Shown here in pieces: positions 1 through 15,063 of a stretch of DNA of 45,363 nucleotides (position 1 is the stretch's first letter; each line of letters begins with the position of its first letter). The stretch covers positions 21,339 through 66,701 of the forward strand of contig MU271429.1 in the NCBI GenBank assembly GCA_021432655.1, given 5' to 3'. Source of the stretch: Atractiella rhizophila. Its lineage: Eukaryota. Both the position numbers and the translations under genes were made by a program. The notes beneath the pieces are model-generated. The model searched no databases. It had not been told where the DNA came from and saw only the letters and a program-made list of their open reading frames with translations.

Positions 1-1344
1 TAGCAGATGTAGAATGAGTTGAGAGCTTGTAGCTGTTGAGCTGAGAGTGGAGAGAGTGCGGCATGAGGATAGATGTCTAGCCTCCCTGTCTGCACGGCGA
101 AATCAAAGAGGGAAGCCATGAAGAATTCGCTGGCAAATTCAACCTTGAGATCCGCGAGTTTCATGGGTTCGAGATCGTGGTCGACCAAAATGCCTGAACG
201 AAGCGGCGTGTGCAAGCGTTCTAGGCGAATGTCGAAGAATTTTGACCGCGATTCGCTGCTGAGCAAGAAACGGATTACGCCCAATTCATCCCAACCCGTG
301 AGTCTCAATGAGGTGAGAGTGCGTATATGCCTTAGGTCAAACAATAACGAGCGCTGCTCGACCCTAGGATATACTAGATATAACTGGGACACAATGGGCT
401 GATAAATTCTGATGCTTGAGAGTAATGTATTAAGATTGACTTTTTTCTTGAAGTCGGAATCAAGGTAATTCAATTCATACCAATGTTTCTGGACAACCGG
501 AGTTTGCTTGAGAAATTCAAGCTTTCGGTATGCATCATCGAATTCATACGACATGGCCATCAGTCGTTGCCGCCATAACCTACACACGAGTCTACAGCTC
601 GACAAATGCTCGTGCCAGACGTTCTCTGCATAGCGAAATAATATTTCGTGGACATTTTCAAAAACAAGGTCCAACAGTTCGATGGGCAAAGTGGGCAAGG
701 GTGCTGTCCCAGCTGTAAATAAACCAATAGTGCCGTTGAACGGTATCTCGCTGAGAGAGTGATGGCCCGCAGCTGTTACGTGAAAGAAAGCTAGCTTTTC
801 GCAGGGTTCGGAAAGTTTTGTCAACTGTGTATCGAATTGTGCATCAAAGAAATTGGTGGTAGGGTGTGAAAATGTAACCAATTCCTCCGCATTCCATGCA
901 GCATCATCAAATTTGCCTTTCGGACGGATCAAGAAGATATCGAGAGTCATCGGAGTAGTTTTGTGTGGGATCTCGACGGAAGACATGAACTCGGTGCCTC
1001 CAGTCTCAATTCGTTGGACACTGAAATGAGGCGAAAAGTATGTAAAAAGGCTGTTGCCGTGATCCGGAGATATTTCATGAAATGTGAGCAAGTTTATCCA
1101 TCGGACGTTAGTTGAAGCTAAGAATGATTCGGTACATGTTACACTAAATGGGGTTGCATTGTCGTAGTTATAGCTATAGCTGATCATAGGCCGACGTCTT
1201 TGAAACGACGTTGGAGAAAGTTGCCTAGAGCTTGAGGGAACCTCATAAGTAGTAAGCTGCAATCGCAAAGTGGTTAGTTGAGTTTCACCGTTCAATTCTC
1301 AAGGAGAGGCACACATCCGAGTCTATATCTGGCTGTTCAGCCAT
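1..1344 (-). CDS. Internal F-box protein, paralog A (3' end runs off the window)
   Basis: ATG at 1344, exon 1315-1344 (MAEQPDIDSD), intron 1257-1314 (GTGTGC...CTAAC...TGCAG), then a stop-free frame to position 1. It is absent from the ORF track because no stop lies inside the window. It is collinear with the 2488-4153 protein (FSVTCTESFLASTN, FNGTIGLFT, SYEFDDAYRKLEFLK, GWDE, EPMKL..FASEFF). F-box-like motif LPTLPIELLDLVF...LVCRLWR. Confidence 0.8.
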
Positions 1345-2168
1345 GACTTCTTCTTTCTCTTACTGTCGCGATGTATGAGAGGCGACGTTAACTCGAACTT
1401 CCTTCGCCGTCGAAACAACTGTCTACAAACACGAATTGAAGACGGACACTGATCAAAAATGCGAGATAAACCCACATGCATATAGCACCCAAATGGCCAA
1501 ACGGCGGTGATGCAATTTGCCTTGAGTACACAGTGTGTTGCTACCGCATATCCTGAATTTCTGAATTTGGAGTCACACAATCTTTTGGCTATCGCGACTG
1601 TGTGCTTTGGCTAACCGGATGATTGGTTGCATCCACAAAACCTAAACGGCCATTTACTCCCCTCTTCTGTACCAATCTTGAGTCTTGAGAAGAAAGCAAT
1701 ATTGCATGACCTACTGTGATGCTCTTGGAACTTGTCTCTTGCGATTCTTTGAAAGAAATCTGTCCTCGAAAGCCGCTAGCTCGACCTTCGTACTTGTTAG
1801 AGGCAGCAACAAAGGTGATTGGGGATTCTAGAAAGTCGGGCAGACTCAGTTACTCTAATTCGCCAGATGAAACTGTGACGTCTTTCACAGGATCGATTTC
1901 GAACCTGGATCATTGACAGGAAATTCTTGCCGAAAAGAATGACATGATCGCAAGTGACGCTAGAATGGAGTTTTGGGGAAAGTGCACAAGGCGCAATGAC
2001 ATTCATGGCACGGTTCCATGAAGAGGCGATGACTAAGTGTCGTTTCTTCGTCCAGGGGAATAAGAAGGGGGAGAGTGTGAAATGAAACGTAACCTGTTTT
2101 TGTGCATTTGAGGACCAGAATGCCTCTCACTAATCCTCGAAGATAACCTTTTACATCCAACCTACACA

Positions 2169-2218
2169 AACGTGCTTACCGAGCTCTTCGCTTTTGCAAG
2201 GTTCCGGTATTCCAAGGT
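2169..2218 (+). pseudogene. Decayed fragment of the local kinase-like family
   Basis: cgtgcttaccgagctcttcgcttttgcaaggttccggtattccaagg matches 16526-16573 (RAYRTLRFLQGSGIPR) with a 1-nt deletion. Weaker echoes upstream at ~1768 (KPLAR vs KDPLVR) and ~1968 (EFWG). Confidence 0.65.
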
Positions 2219-2487
2219 GCAGAGAGTTTACCCGGTTGGGTATTTTCATTAGAAAAAGGCAGACTTATTTGTTTTCTGCTCGTCTCCTCCAAGTCTGTTG
2301 CTTCCTTCCTCGTGTTGGTGAGGAGCGATCAATGATGGCCGAAGGAAGGACTGAAAAGAGCAGCATCAACTCTATCTCTGCGCTAAAGGCTGCTGGTGCC
2401 TTGTAAGATATTTCAATTTTATCTTTGCAGTTCAATACCCATATTTTGCGCAACTAAGCTATACGTAGACTTCCATTGCACTTTGAT

Positions 2488-4153
2488 TCAAGTTTCAAAT
2501 ATTCTAAGCACACATCTACCAGCCAGCTGCTTCGCAATTCCTTTCACAACCAGTTCTTCAACCGCAGTCCATTGTCCGTACAAGAGCTGGATACGAACAT
2601 CTCTACGGTATTCTCCTTGAAAGAAGCTTCGAGTAAAATTAACAAAGTCGTTGAAGTTAATGTGACAATAATATAAACAGAGATCCTGAAGCTGAACAGT
2701 GCTGATCTGATGTAAAAAGTTCTCTGACAAGATATTGCTGTTTTCGTGTCCTCCATCGATATACAGCCAGGTAAAGTGACAATGGGGGAGCATCATAGGC
2801 TTGTCAAACGCAATTTGTTGAACGTCAAACATTGAATTCGCTTCATAGCTTATTTCAAAAGCCTGGAGCACTTGCACTAATAGTTGAGCGGAAGTTGGGA
2901 CAGGAGGATCAATCTCAGGCCTCGACATCTGAACTGGAAAACCAAAAAGAGAAGCAATGAAAAACTCGCTCGCAAATTGAACCCGCAGGTACCTAAGCTT
3001 CATGGGTTCGAGCTCGTGCTCGGGAGTAATCGCTGCACCAAGAGATGTGTGTAAATGGCCGAGGTCAATGTTGAGAAATTTCGGGCGAGATCGGCTGCTG
3101 AGCAAGAAATGGATGACCGTGAACTCATCCCAACCAATCAACTCCAACCTCTTGATCCTGTTGAGATGTGCTAGCTCCAACAATAACGACCGCTCTCCGA
3201 TCTTGGGATATACGAGTGTTAAGTCGGTGACCGTCAGTTGATAAATTCTGACATTTGATATCAATGTATCCAGGCTGACTTTATTCTCCAAATCGGAGTC
3301 GAGGTAGGTCAGTTTATGCCAACGTGTTTGAAAAACGGGGGTTCGCTTAAGAAATTCAAGTTTTCGGTATGCAGCGTCGAATTCATATGACATGGACATC
3401 AGTCTCTCTCGCCATAGCCTGCACACTAACACGTAACTCGAAAATTCCTTGGGCCAATAGTTCAACTGGACGCCTCCATGAGCCTGCTGAAAAGTAACGT
3501 CCCACAACTCGACCGGTAACACGGGCATGGATGCTGTCCCAACCGTGAACAAGCCAATGGTGCCGTTGAAGCTCACCCCGCTGACAGGATGGCTTGAGCC
3601 CGCAAGTGGAATGGAAATGACTTTCTGGCATGGTTCAACAAGTTTTGTCAACTTTTCATCAAAATTGGAATTGAACGAATCGGGGATCGGGCGTGAAAGT
3701 AGGACCAATTCGTTCGCACTCCACTTGGCATCATCAAGTTGATCTTTGAACCGGATGAAGCAGACAGCAAGAGCCGTCGACGTATTTTTATCTGCATCCC
3801 CGTGAGAAAATATGAATTCGGTCGCTTCATGTTCAATCCGTTGCATTTTGAAGTGCGATGGAAGAGCTGTAAAAAGGTTGGCGCCGTGATCCCCAAAAGT
3901 GTCACGAACGACGAAGAAATCCACGGCTCGGGCATTAGTTGAAGCCAAAAAAGATTCGGTACAAGTTATAGTAAACAAAGTTGGTTGGTTGTAGTTATAA
4001 CTATAGCTAATTAAAGCTCGGCGCGACGATGTTGGACAATGTTGCTTTGAGCTTGAATTGCTTGAAGAGGCTTCTTGGGTGGCAAGCTATGCGAATTATG
4101 AATTGGCTTTCAGTCTTTCATTGCTACACATAGCGGCGCACCTCTGAGGCCAT
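2488..4153 (-). CDS. Internal F-box protein, paralog B, with possible LRR-like C-terminus
   Basis: ATG at 4153, exon 4142-4153 (MASE), intron 4087-4141 (GTGCGC...CATAG), then an open frame continuous with the 496-aa ORF to the stop at 2488. F-box-like motif MPVLPVELWDVTF...VLVCRLWRE, followed by LxxLxL-type segments (IKRLELIG, LRYLRV, LQDLCLY). Confidence 0.85.
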
Positions 4154-4477
4154 AACTGCCTTCTGTTCTCTTCTCCCTGTTTCCACAATCGTGATGTGAG
4201 CTTAGATCAAAATTCTTGACACAATGATAAAAAATGCGAGATAAACTAGGCCAAACAGGGGTCATGGTCGTGGAAGGCTGGTAGGAGAGGGACGAACAGC
4301 CGTCTAAGTCCTCTAATGCCCCAGCGTCCACCAGATTTGGATCAGCCGTAAATCTGATTCAGACTTCCCTAAGTTCAGGAGGCTGGCCATACGTTTAGTT
4401 TACCAAGGGTTGGTAAAGAGGTGGAAAATCGAGCAAAGGGGGTTTTGAGGGTCCAATTTTGTAGGGTATCTCTTTCA

Positions 4478-5460
4478 AGCTTGTCCGTGCCATCATAAAA
4501 ACGACCTATGCGCAAATTGACCTACGGGCAACTCATGTACGGTAACGTTTACTTCTCTATTTAACTCCTCCTCCACAGCAAGAAGTAACGGAGGATGCTG
4601 ATGAAAGACCGATCAATCAATTGTCCCACGACTCCCTGGCTTTGTTGAAAGTGATCACCGCTCTGCTAAGGCAACAAGCTAGGCCTGCGGATCGTTAAAG
4701 GCAATTGCTAATCCTTGCCCGACGGAGCTTATTGTCCGTGTTGTCCACTTTGAAGAATGGAACAAATATGTAGTAGAGTATGCTCGAGCGCTTGTTGACG
4801 CGTAAAGTTCCAAGGAGATGGCGCGTGGAGGGCTAGAAGAGGCAGAAATCGAATTCTTCGGTGTTGGAAACGCAGGTGAAAAGGTGCGAGAACTAAAGAG
4901 GCTGTCCCGTATATCTAGGTAAAACCGAATTTGGAAAGAAAGGAGGATGAACCACACGACGATTGGAGTCGTCCTCTTGTCGAATGTTTGTGGTCACGGG
5001 CTGTTGGATGCTCTCCGAAATTGAAATAGAAGGAGGAGAACCTTCATGTGTCTTTTATGGTGGCGAACCAGCTAAATAAACAAGGCAGTCTCTTCTGACC
5101 TTTCAAAGCCGTAGACTTCGACATTGAATTTCGCAGGAACGCCAGCGAGGGTATCCATCGACTCCACGGCCCATCACTTCACGCCACACAAGTTACAAGA
5201 CGGGATGGCAAAATAATGGTGACAGGGACCGTCATTGTACAGCCTTGGTTGTCATCTTCTGACAGTCCGAGTCGTCCAATGTGGAGGAGGATCCGCATCC
5301 ATCTGCTGATGTTCCCTTGCCGCCGCCCCGGCGCAAATAGAGTCAGATGCTCAGGAAAGCTTTGTTGGAAATGGAAGAAGTGAAGTTTATCCATGAGCGG
5401 TCACATCATATGGTCGAATGAGAAAAGAGGCTCTTGGAGCAGATGAACATTTACCGTTGC
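4478..5460 (+). pseudogene. Probable decayed gene of unknown family
   Basis: Protein-like segments (KLVRAIIKTTYAQIDLRATH | QEVTEDADERPINQLSHDSLALLKVITALLRQQ; TELIVRVVHFEEWNKYVVEYARALVDA*; MLRKALLEMEEVKFIHE) joined by a GTACGG...CACAG intron and broken by stops and frameshifts. Confidence 0.35.
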
Positions 5461-5951
5461 TATTTTACTCTACTGCTTCATACAAATCGTATGCGATCTT
5501 ATGAGTTAACTGTGCCTGGCATAGAAGTGGAGGTCGTCTAGTCTACATGCAACCACGAGAGGCATTGGCGAGATTCGGATATGATAAGCTGTACAGCACG
5601 TTTTCGTGATTGTCACAAATTTTGGCACTAGTTCAAAGGATCTGGCAGATTTGTTACAGTAGTTCGTTAAAATGAATGCTTTAAGAATCTAGTACTCTGG
5701 TACCTTTTAACGTTTCAAATCCAAAAGTACAAAGTAAACAAAACATGTCCTGGGTTCGAGCTCACCTTCCAAGCTTCCCATCCACATTTGCAAGTCTCAG
5801 TTCCCCACGCACTTTAGGGTTCCCTCGTCTTTTGTCCTCGAGACGTCCGCACCGTCAAAAATATCATAGAAACAGAAAACCCGCGGTTTGTGTTGCAAAA
5901 TCACGTGAATCAGGTTGCTGCATGAGTCAGTCGCAATCGTTGTCTTCATTT

Positions 5952-10068
<4,117 letters not shown>

Positions 10069-10209
10069 ATAGCTTATCGGTGGGAACAACATGGAAATAT
10101 TCGTTTATATCATCTACATGCTCTAAGGGTTGTAACAAGTCTGTTTAGAATTCTAAAACAAACATTTGTCGCCTCATTTAGTTGAACGTGTGTGAAGTTA
10201 GACAGTGCT

Positions 10210-12444
10210 CTACTGCTTGAACTCGTCGCGTCCTCTAGCGTCTGTCTTCGTCCAAATGCTAACACTTCTTCCATGGCATTTAAAGGTCGCCCAGCCATCC
10301 TCTTCGATCGTCACTTCTCCTTGGAACCATCCGAGAACATCGGTCCATTTCTCGCCCGCATGCTCCTAAAACGACGCATCAGTCTTGTCTCGCTGGAATG
10401 AAGGGCTGGATGATTGAAGCACCTTCCCAACCTCCATCCTCTTCTCTCCGTCATCCCCGTTGCCCATCACGACGGCACAACCGTCCCTGTCATTCTCTTA
10501 GTCGCCAGTCCTCAGCCATCCAATAGTGTTAGGATAGTCAAAATAATCCCTCATCTCTCCATACGAAAAGAGTTTCCTCGACCTGTGTCGGTGAAAGATG
10601 AGACGCTAGCTCTGGATCAAAAACGCAATTCGAACCTGACGAAGTCTTCCAGTTGCGAGACTGGCTCGGAGAACTCGACGTCTGATTCTTTGTAACGATT
10701 GCAGCCACGTAGGTCACCCATGAAGACACATGGGTATCCTTCATTCCGAAGGAGAATGAGAGCGTAAGCCAGTGGCTTAAACCATGGTTGGACCCATGAT
10801 TCGACAGTTTGATATGGCCTGTTTTCTTCTCAGACTTATCATGGCAATCAAGCATATGGGATTGCTCACTGTGTATCGTGGTTGTCAACGAGCGTGACAG
10901 CTTCAGTTGATCGTCTTTGTACCAGGGTACCTTCAAATATTTGGGAAAGGTCGTAATTCGCCCCTTGTTCGGACGCTTCCTTGAACTTGTAATGAAGCGG
11001 CGTGTCAAATAGAGAGAACTGTTGTCCAAACCTATCGAGGAGCAAGTAAGAACCCTAAATTCAGCCAAGAAATGGAGAAAGGAACTTGTTGAGATAAGCG
11101 TCCATATCATCCACACTGTCCTTCCAAAACTCTCCCACAGCAAAAATACTGCCCTGTCCTGCCGTTTCCCTAGCATGTTTCACAAACTGAGCAACGAATT
11201 TAAGGTCCATACTGTGAACATGGGTGGTGTTCTTTAGCTAAACGAAAAGAATGTGACAACTAGATACGTACTGCCTAACGGCGTCAAATCGAAATCCATT
11301 TGCTCCTGTCTCTTTGATCACCCAGTCTCCCCAATCATTGAGGTGCTTCTCAACGTCTGGGTGGGAGTGGTCGATGTCAGCAAACATCTTTATTCAAGTT
11401 CGTCAACTTGAAGGAACGCGACAAGAAGGCGAGGAGCAAAAATTCACAAGGTAGTCGAAGTTCCCTTTCTCTCGGTCGACATTTCTGCTCCTGGATCTCT
11501 TGTAAGTCCACATTAGAAAGCGAATGGAAGAATTAACCAGTTCTTTCCGTCACCCTTGATACGAAAGATCGAGTTTTTCTGCAGGCCAGCAACCTTTACA
11601 AGTCGCACTCGATATCAAGGTCACAGGAACTCACCTTAGTTTTATCATCATAATCGACACCTGAAATATGTTCAGAAAAGAACCAAAAACAAGAAGGAGG
11701 CAGGACCCGTAAAATGGTTGAAGTCCCATTTGAAGGAGGAGTATTTGTCTCCTCGTCCTGGGAAATTGAATCCTGTCCATCCTTCAATGTCGTACGCGTC
11801 CGAAATCTCCTTCGTGCGATCATCAGAGTCGACTTCAGTCGCATTAAATGTTTCCTTGAAGTCTGCACCAGCCTTCCATCCAAGGTGTCATGAAATTCGG
11901 AAGGAGAAGTATAACAAGAAATAAGCACCTTATGATTCAAAACCGCATCTATGTAGCACACTATTCCCGCATCTTTTGCTTTTCTGATAGTTTCCACGAG
12001 CTCGTCCTTCGTTCCCCTTGTTCAAATCTACCGTCACTAGCTTCCATGCAGACTCATGAGGGGAGTACACACCACTTCGTAGCAACGGACCCTTTCTGGT
12101 CAAACTCTCCTAAATCGAAAAGGTCGTAGATGTCATATCCATTCCCTTTCTAAATTTGTAGCTTGGCGTCATTTTCTGAGCGATCGAAGAAGCCAGGACG
12201 ACAAACTGGAGCTGAGGCTTTGCAGGGTGGAGGAATCCATGCTCCAGTGATGCCCATATCACCGAACTATTGCTGCCTTCAACCCCTACAATGCGCATGT
12301 GAGAGGAATACGAACCATTGCCATTTTATCGCCCAGCCACTTCCAATGGGTCCCTCCACTGGGAGAGTACCATTCAAATGCCTGCAGCATGGTGTAGTTC
12401 TGGTACTTTGTCGTCGAATACTCTTTATTCGCGTCTGTGGCCAT
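10210..12444 (-). CDS. Intracellular bacterial-type alpha-amylase (GH13_5-like), with in-frame TAA at 10498-10500
   Basis: 14 exons reconstructed. Motifs: [67 protein letters not shown], catalytic [15 protein letters not shown] and [25 protein letters not shown]-terminal [15 protein letters not shown]. No signal peptide. Confidence 0.92.
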
Positions 12445-12719
12445 CTAGCCTCTTCTTCAATATCTTCAAGTGGCAGTTCAAAGTGGACACAGGGTAGACA
12501 GCTTCTGGATCCAGAGAAACGTCATTGAAATATTCCAAAACAGTGGAACGCAGTGTTGATGACCGTTGATGCTGAGCAGACTGCTGGCATTGCCCACACG
12601 TAGTTTCGTCGTTCGTCAGACTATGCTCGTGATAAGTTTCCAGAAAAATTCAAACGCTCAGCTGTGACAAGGTGAGCTTTTGTATAATTGCAGCGGCTGC
12701 AGAGTGTGATTAAGGCTTC

Positions 12720-14384
12720 ATCCTTCTTTACTGAGGACTATCTCATGTTCGCTGCTAATGGTAGCAAGTTTGTTAGTTGCAAAAGTTGCAGAGCTCAATA
12801 CTGTGTCCAGTACACTGTTGTTATCAAATATAAACCGATTTGTGTTGTTTCTGAGTCCTTGAAACTTGATGCTTTGTTCTGGTGGATCTGCGAAAACGTA
12901 GCAGGATCCGGATCGCAAGTGGTGATACTAGGACATTCTATCGCATTATGCATACTGGGATCTATATCTGACAACAACTTCTCTTACTCCGGCAAGTGTT
13001 GCTTATCTGCATACCGTTGACACCTCTTCTCGAATTTCTTGTTCGCTTTTTCATTGTTTGCATCCACCGTAATCATTCCTTGATCACTCATACTCACAGC
13101 TTTGAGTCCCAACCAACCTAAATAGGCGATTGCCAACCTCGTGTGTTTTGGTGGGATGTGACTCCATTCACATAAGTCCGCTCTTGATCTCTCACGATGT
13201 GGAAAGCGAGGGTCGTGACTGAGTCTGTTAGGATGCAATAGTCTGTCCCGTAAGACTCGGAATAGCACAACACCTGAGGGAGGATAAGATTGCTCTTGTT
13301 CACAATCTGTGACCATGACTTGGTTCTTGCGGTTGGTCGCAAACCGTACGCTGTAGCATTAGAAGGAGCACAATTTGCTTGGACTTTTTCCATGTGATCT
13401 AGAGCAAAACTGCTTAGACTCTTTGCCTAAGTTCAGTATCTCAGTTGAGGAATGAGAGATAAACTTCTACCGTGCCTTCGACCAAAAGCACATAAAGGAG
13501 CCCTCGTCCAACCTGACTTCAGTACGGACTTCGCAGTTCATCAGATTCAACTTTCGCTTTGATAGTCGTTGGGAAGAAACCCAGGAGGTCGACCCGCACT
13601 ATCAATCCCTCCTCAGACGACTGCAGATACTATGTCAATGATGGCCCGCACCGAATAATTTCTTGTCCCTCCCTTCACTTCGCTCTAATTTTGCTGCATT
13701 TTGAGGTGCCGGAACCGCCTTGCGCGCCTCTGCGAGGCACTCCAAGGTGATGGGAAGCTCTGTTTGCGAGGGTTTTGCATCCCGCTGCCGCCTATGTGTC
13801 GGATATACCCTTCGAGTATATTAGCGCATACCCCAACGGTGTCTTGAGTGACATGAATCCGGTTTTTCCATCAGATGTATCATGAGCTGAATGGTGGAAG
13901 ACTCACATGACATCTGCTTCTGACCTCGGATGGGTTGCGACTGGATTTGCCGTTTCCCTACCGCCTCCTCTTCCAACATCTCCAACACCTTTTGATAGTG
14001 TTGGTAATCGATACAGTTTCCGCCCACCTATTCTGTGACCTGGTACCATTCACACTTTTTGAAAAAGAGCGTGTCAGAATTCAGTTGGTGCGAATATTCC
14101 TCAGTCCCTACAGAGGAGAAGCTGTGAACATTCTTTGAAGCAGTCTTGACGACCTCTTCTTGCTTTCCTGTGCGGAATGGTGCTGAGCTACTCGAAGGTT
14201 TCGTGTGCTGCTCACGTAGATCGTGTAGCCTTTGCGTGATAGGTGTTGACGGCGCATATATCAACTTGGTGATTGCGATGATGGGATGAAGTTCCTCGTG
14301 TGACGGAGGCTCAAACTTTGGGAAATCTTGTTGCGTCGTTGAATTTGAGGACCATCTGAAGCCAGGAGTTTGCGACTCAGACAT
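12720..14384 (-). pseudogene. Probable decayed ORF of unknown family
   Basis: ORFs 14028-14441 and 13821-14027 are in the same frame, separated only by one TAG (..WYQVTE*VGGNCIDYQHYQKVLEMLEEEAV..). Further protein-like segments broken by stops continue toward ~12720. The 3' limit is uncertain. Confidence 0.35.
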
Positions 14385-15063
14385 GGTGGTTGTATGGAAA
14401 TGATGAGGAGAGAACTGGGTACCACGAATCAAGGGTGCCAACCGCGTTGTTTATAGCTGCTCCCTCCGCTCCTTTCGCTTAGGTTGAGATGGTCCGTCGT
14501 GTTCACAGCAACGCAGCAACGTTTCTACGCTAATCAAAAGGACCACATTGGGATGGCATCACCTTTCATTGAGGTCATTCTCTCCTTCTTCTTTTTTTTT
14601 CCCTTCAAAGCATTCGTTTTCAAAGGGACCTTATTTGGGGCATCTTACTCTTTGTTTGATTGTTCTTGGTTATGCTACCTACTGCTTTCTCGAGTCAGCT
14701 TGGGTTCGCTGTACAATTGGATTTGACGAATTTAGGGAATGATGTGCAACCCTTTATGGTTATTCCTTTTGCTATCCACTTTATATTTGTGTTGATTGGG
14801 TACCAAACGTGGCAAAGCCGTCCAGTATTCAAGTTGCGCCACTCGCCCGTATGTTTCGTTTTCAATCTCTTCTTGTTTTGTCATAACCTAGTCTGGTCTA
14901 TCTAATCCTTTGTCGCACGATACGCTCCTTTATCATAAACCGACTGCCAGCTACTACCGTCGTTTCTGCAATCGAGACTATCTGCGTGACTGCTCTGTTT
15001 CCCATCAGGGCCTTTGTGCTTCGTACTACGCCGCAAACTTGCTGAGCCTCTGAAATGGCTCAG

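Noticed and set aside
5745..5951. ALA1 start at ATG 5745
   Set aside because: In frame, but it would add 109 residues before the cytosolic start. ATG 5952 gives a more typical presequence. Not excluded.
10538..11176. 212-aa minus-strand ORF
   Set aside because: It is an alternative frame across amylase exons and introns.
14550..14905. Hydrophobic short ORFs upstream of kinase copy 1 as a TM exon
   Set aside because: Explained by T-rich composition. No equivalent ORF precedes the other copies.
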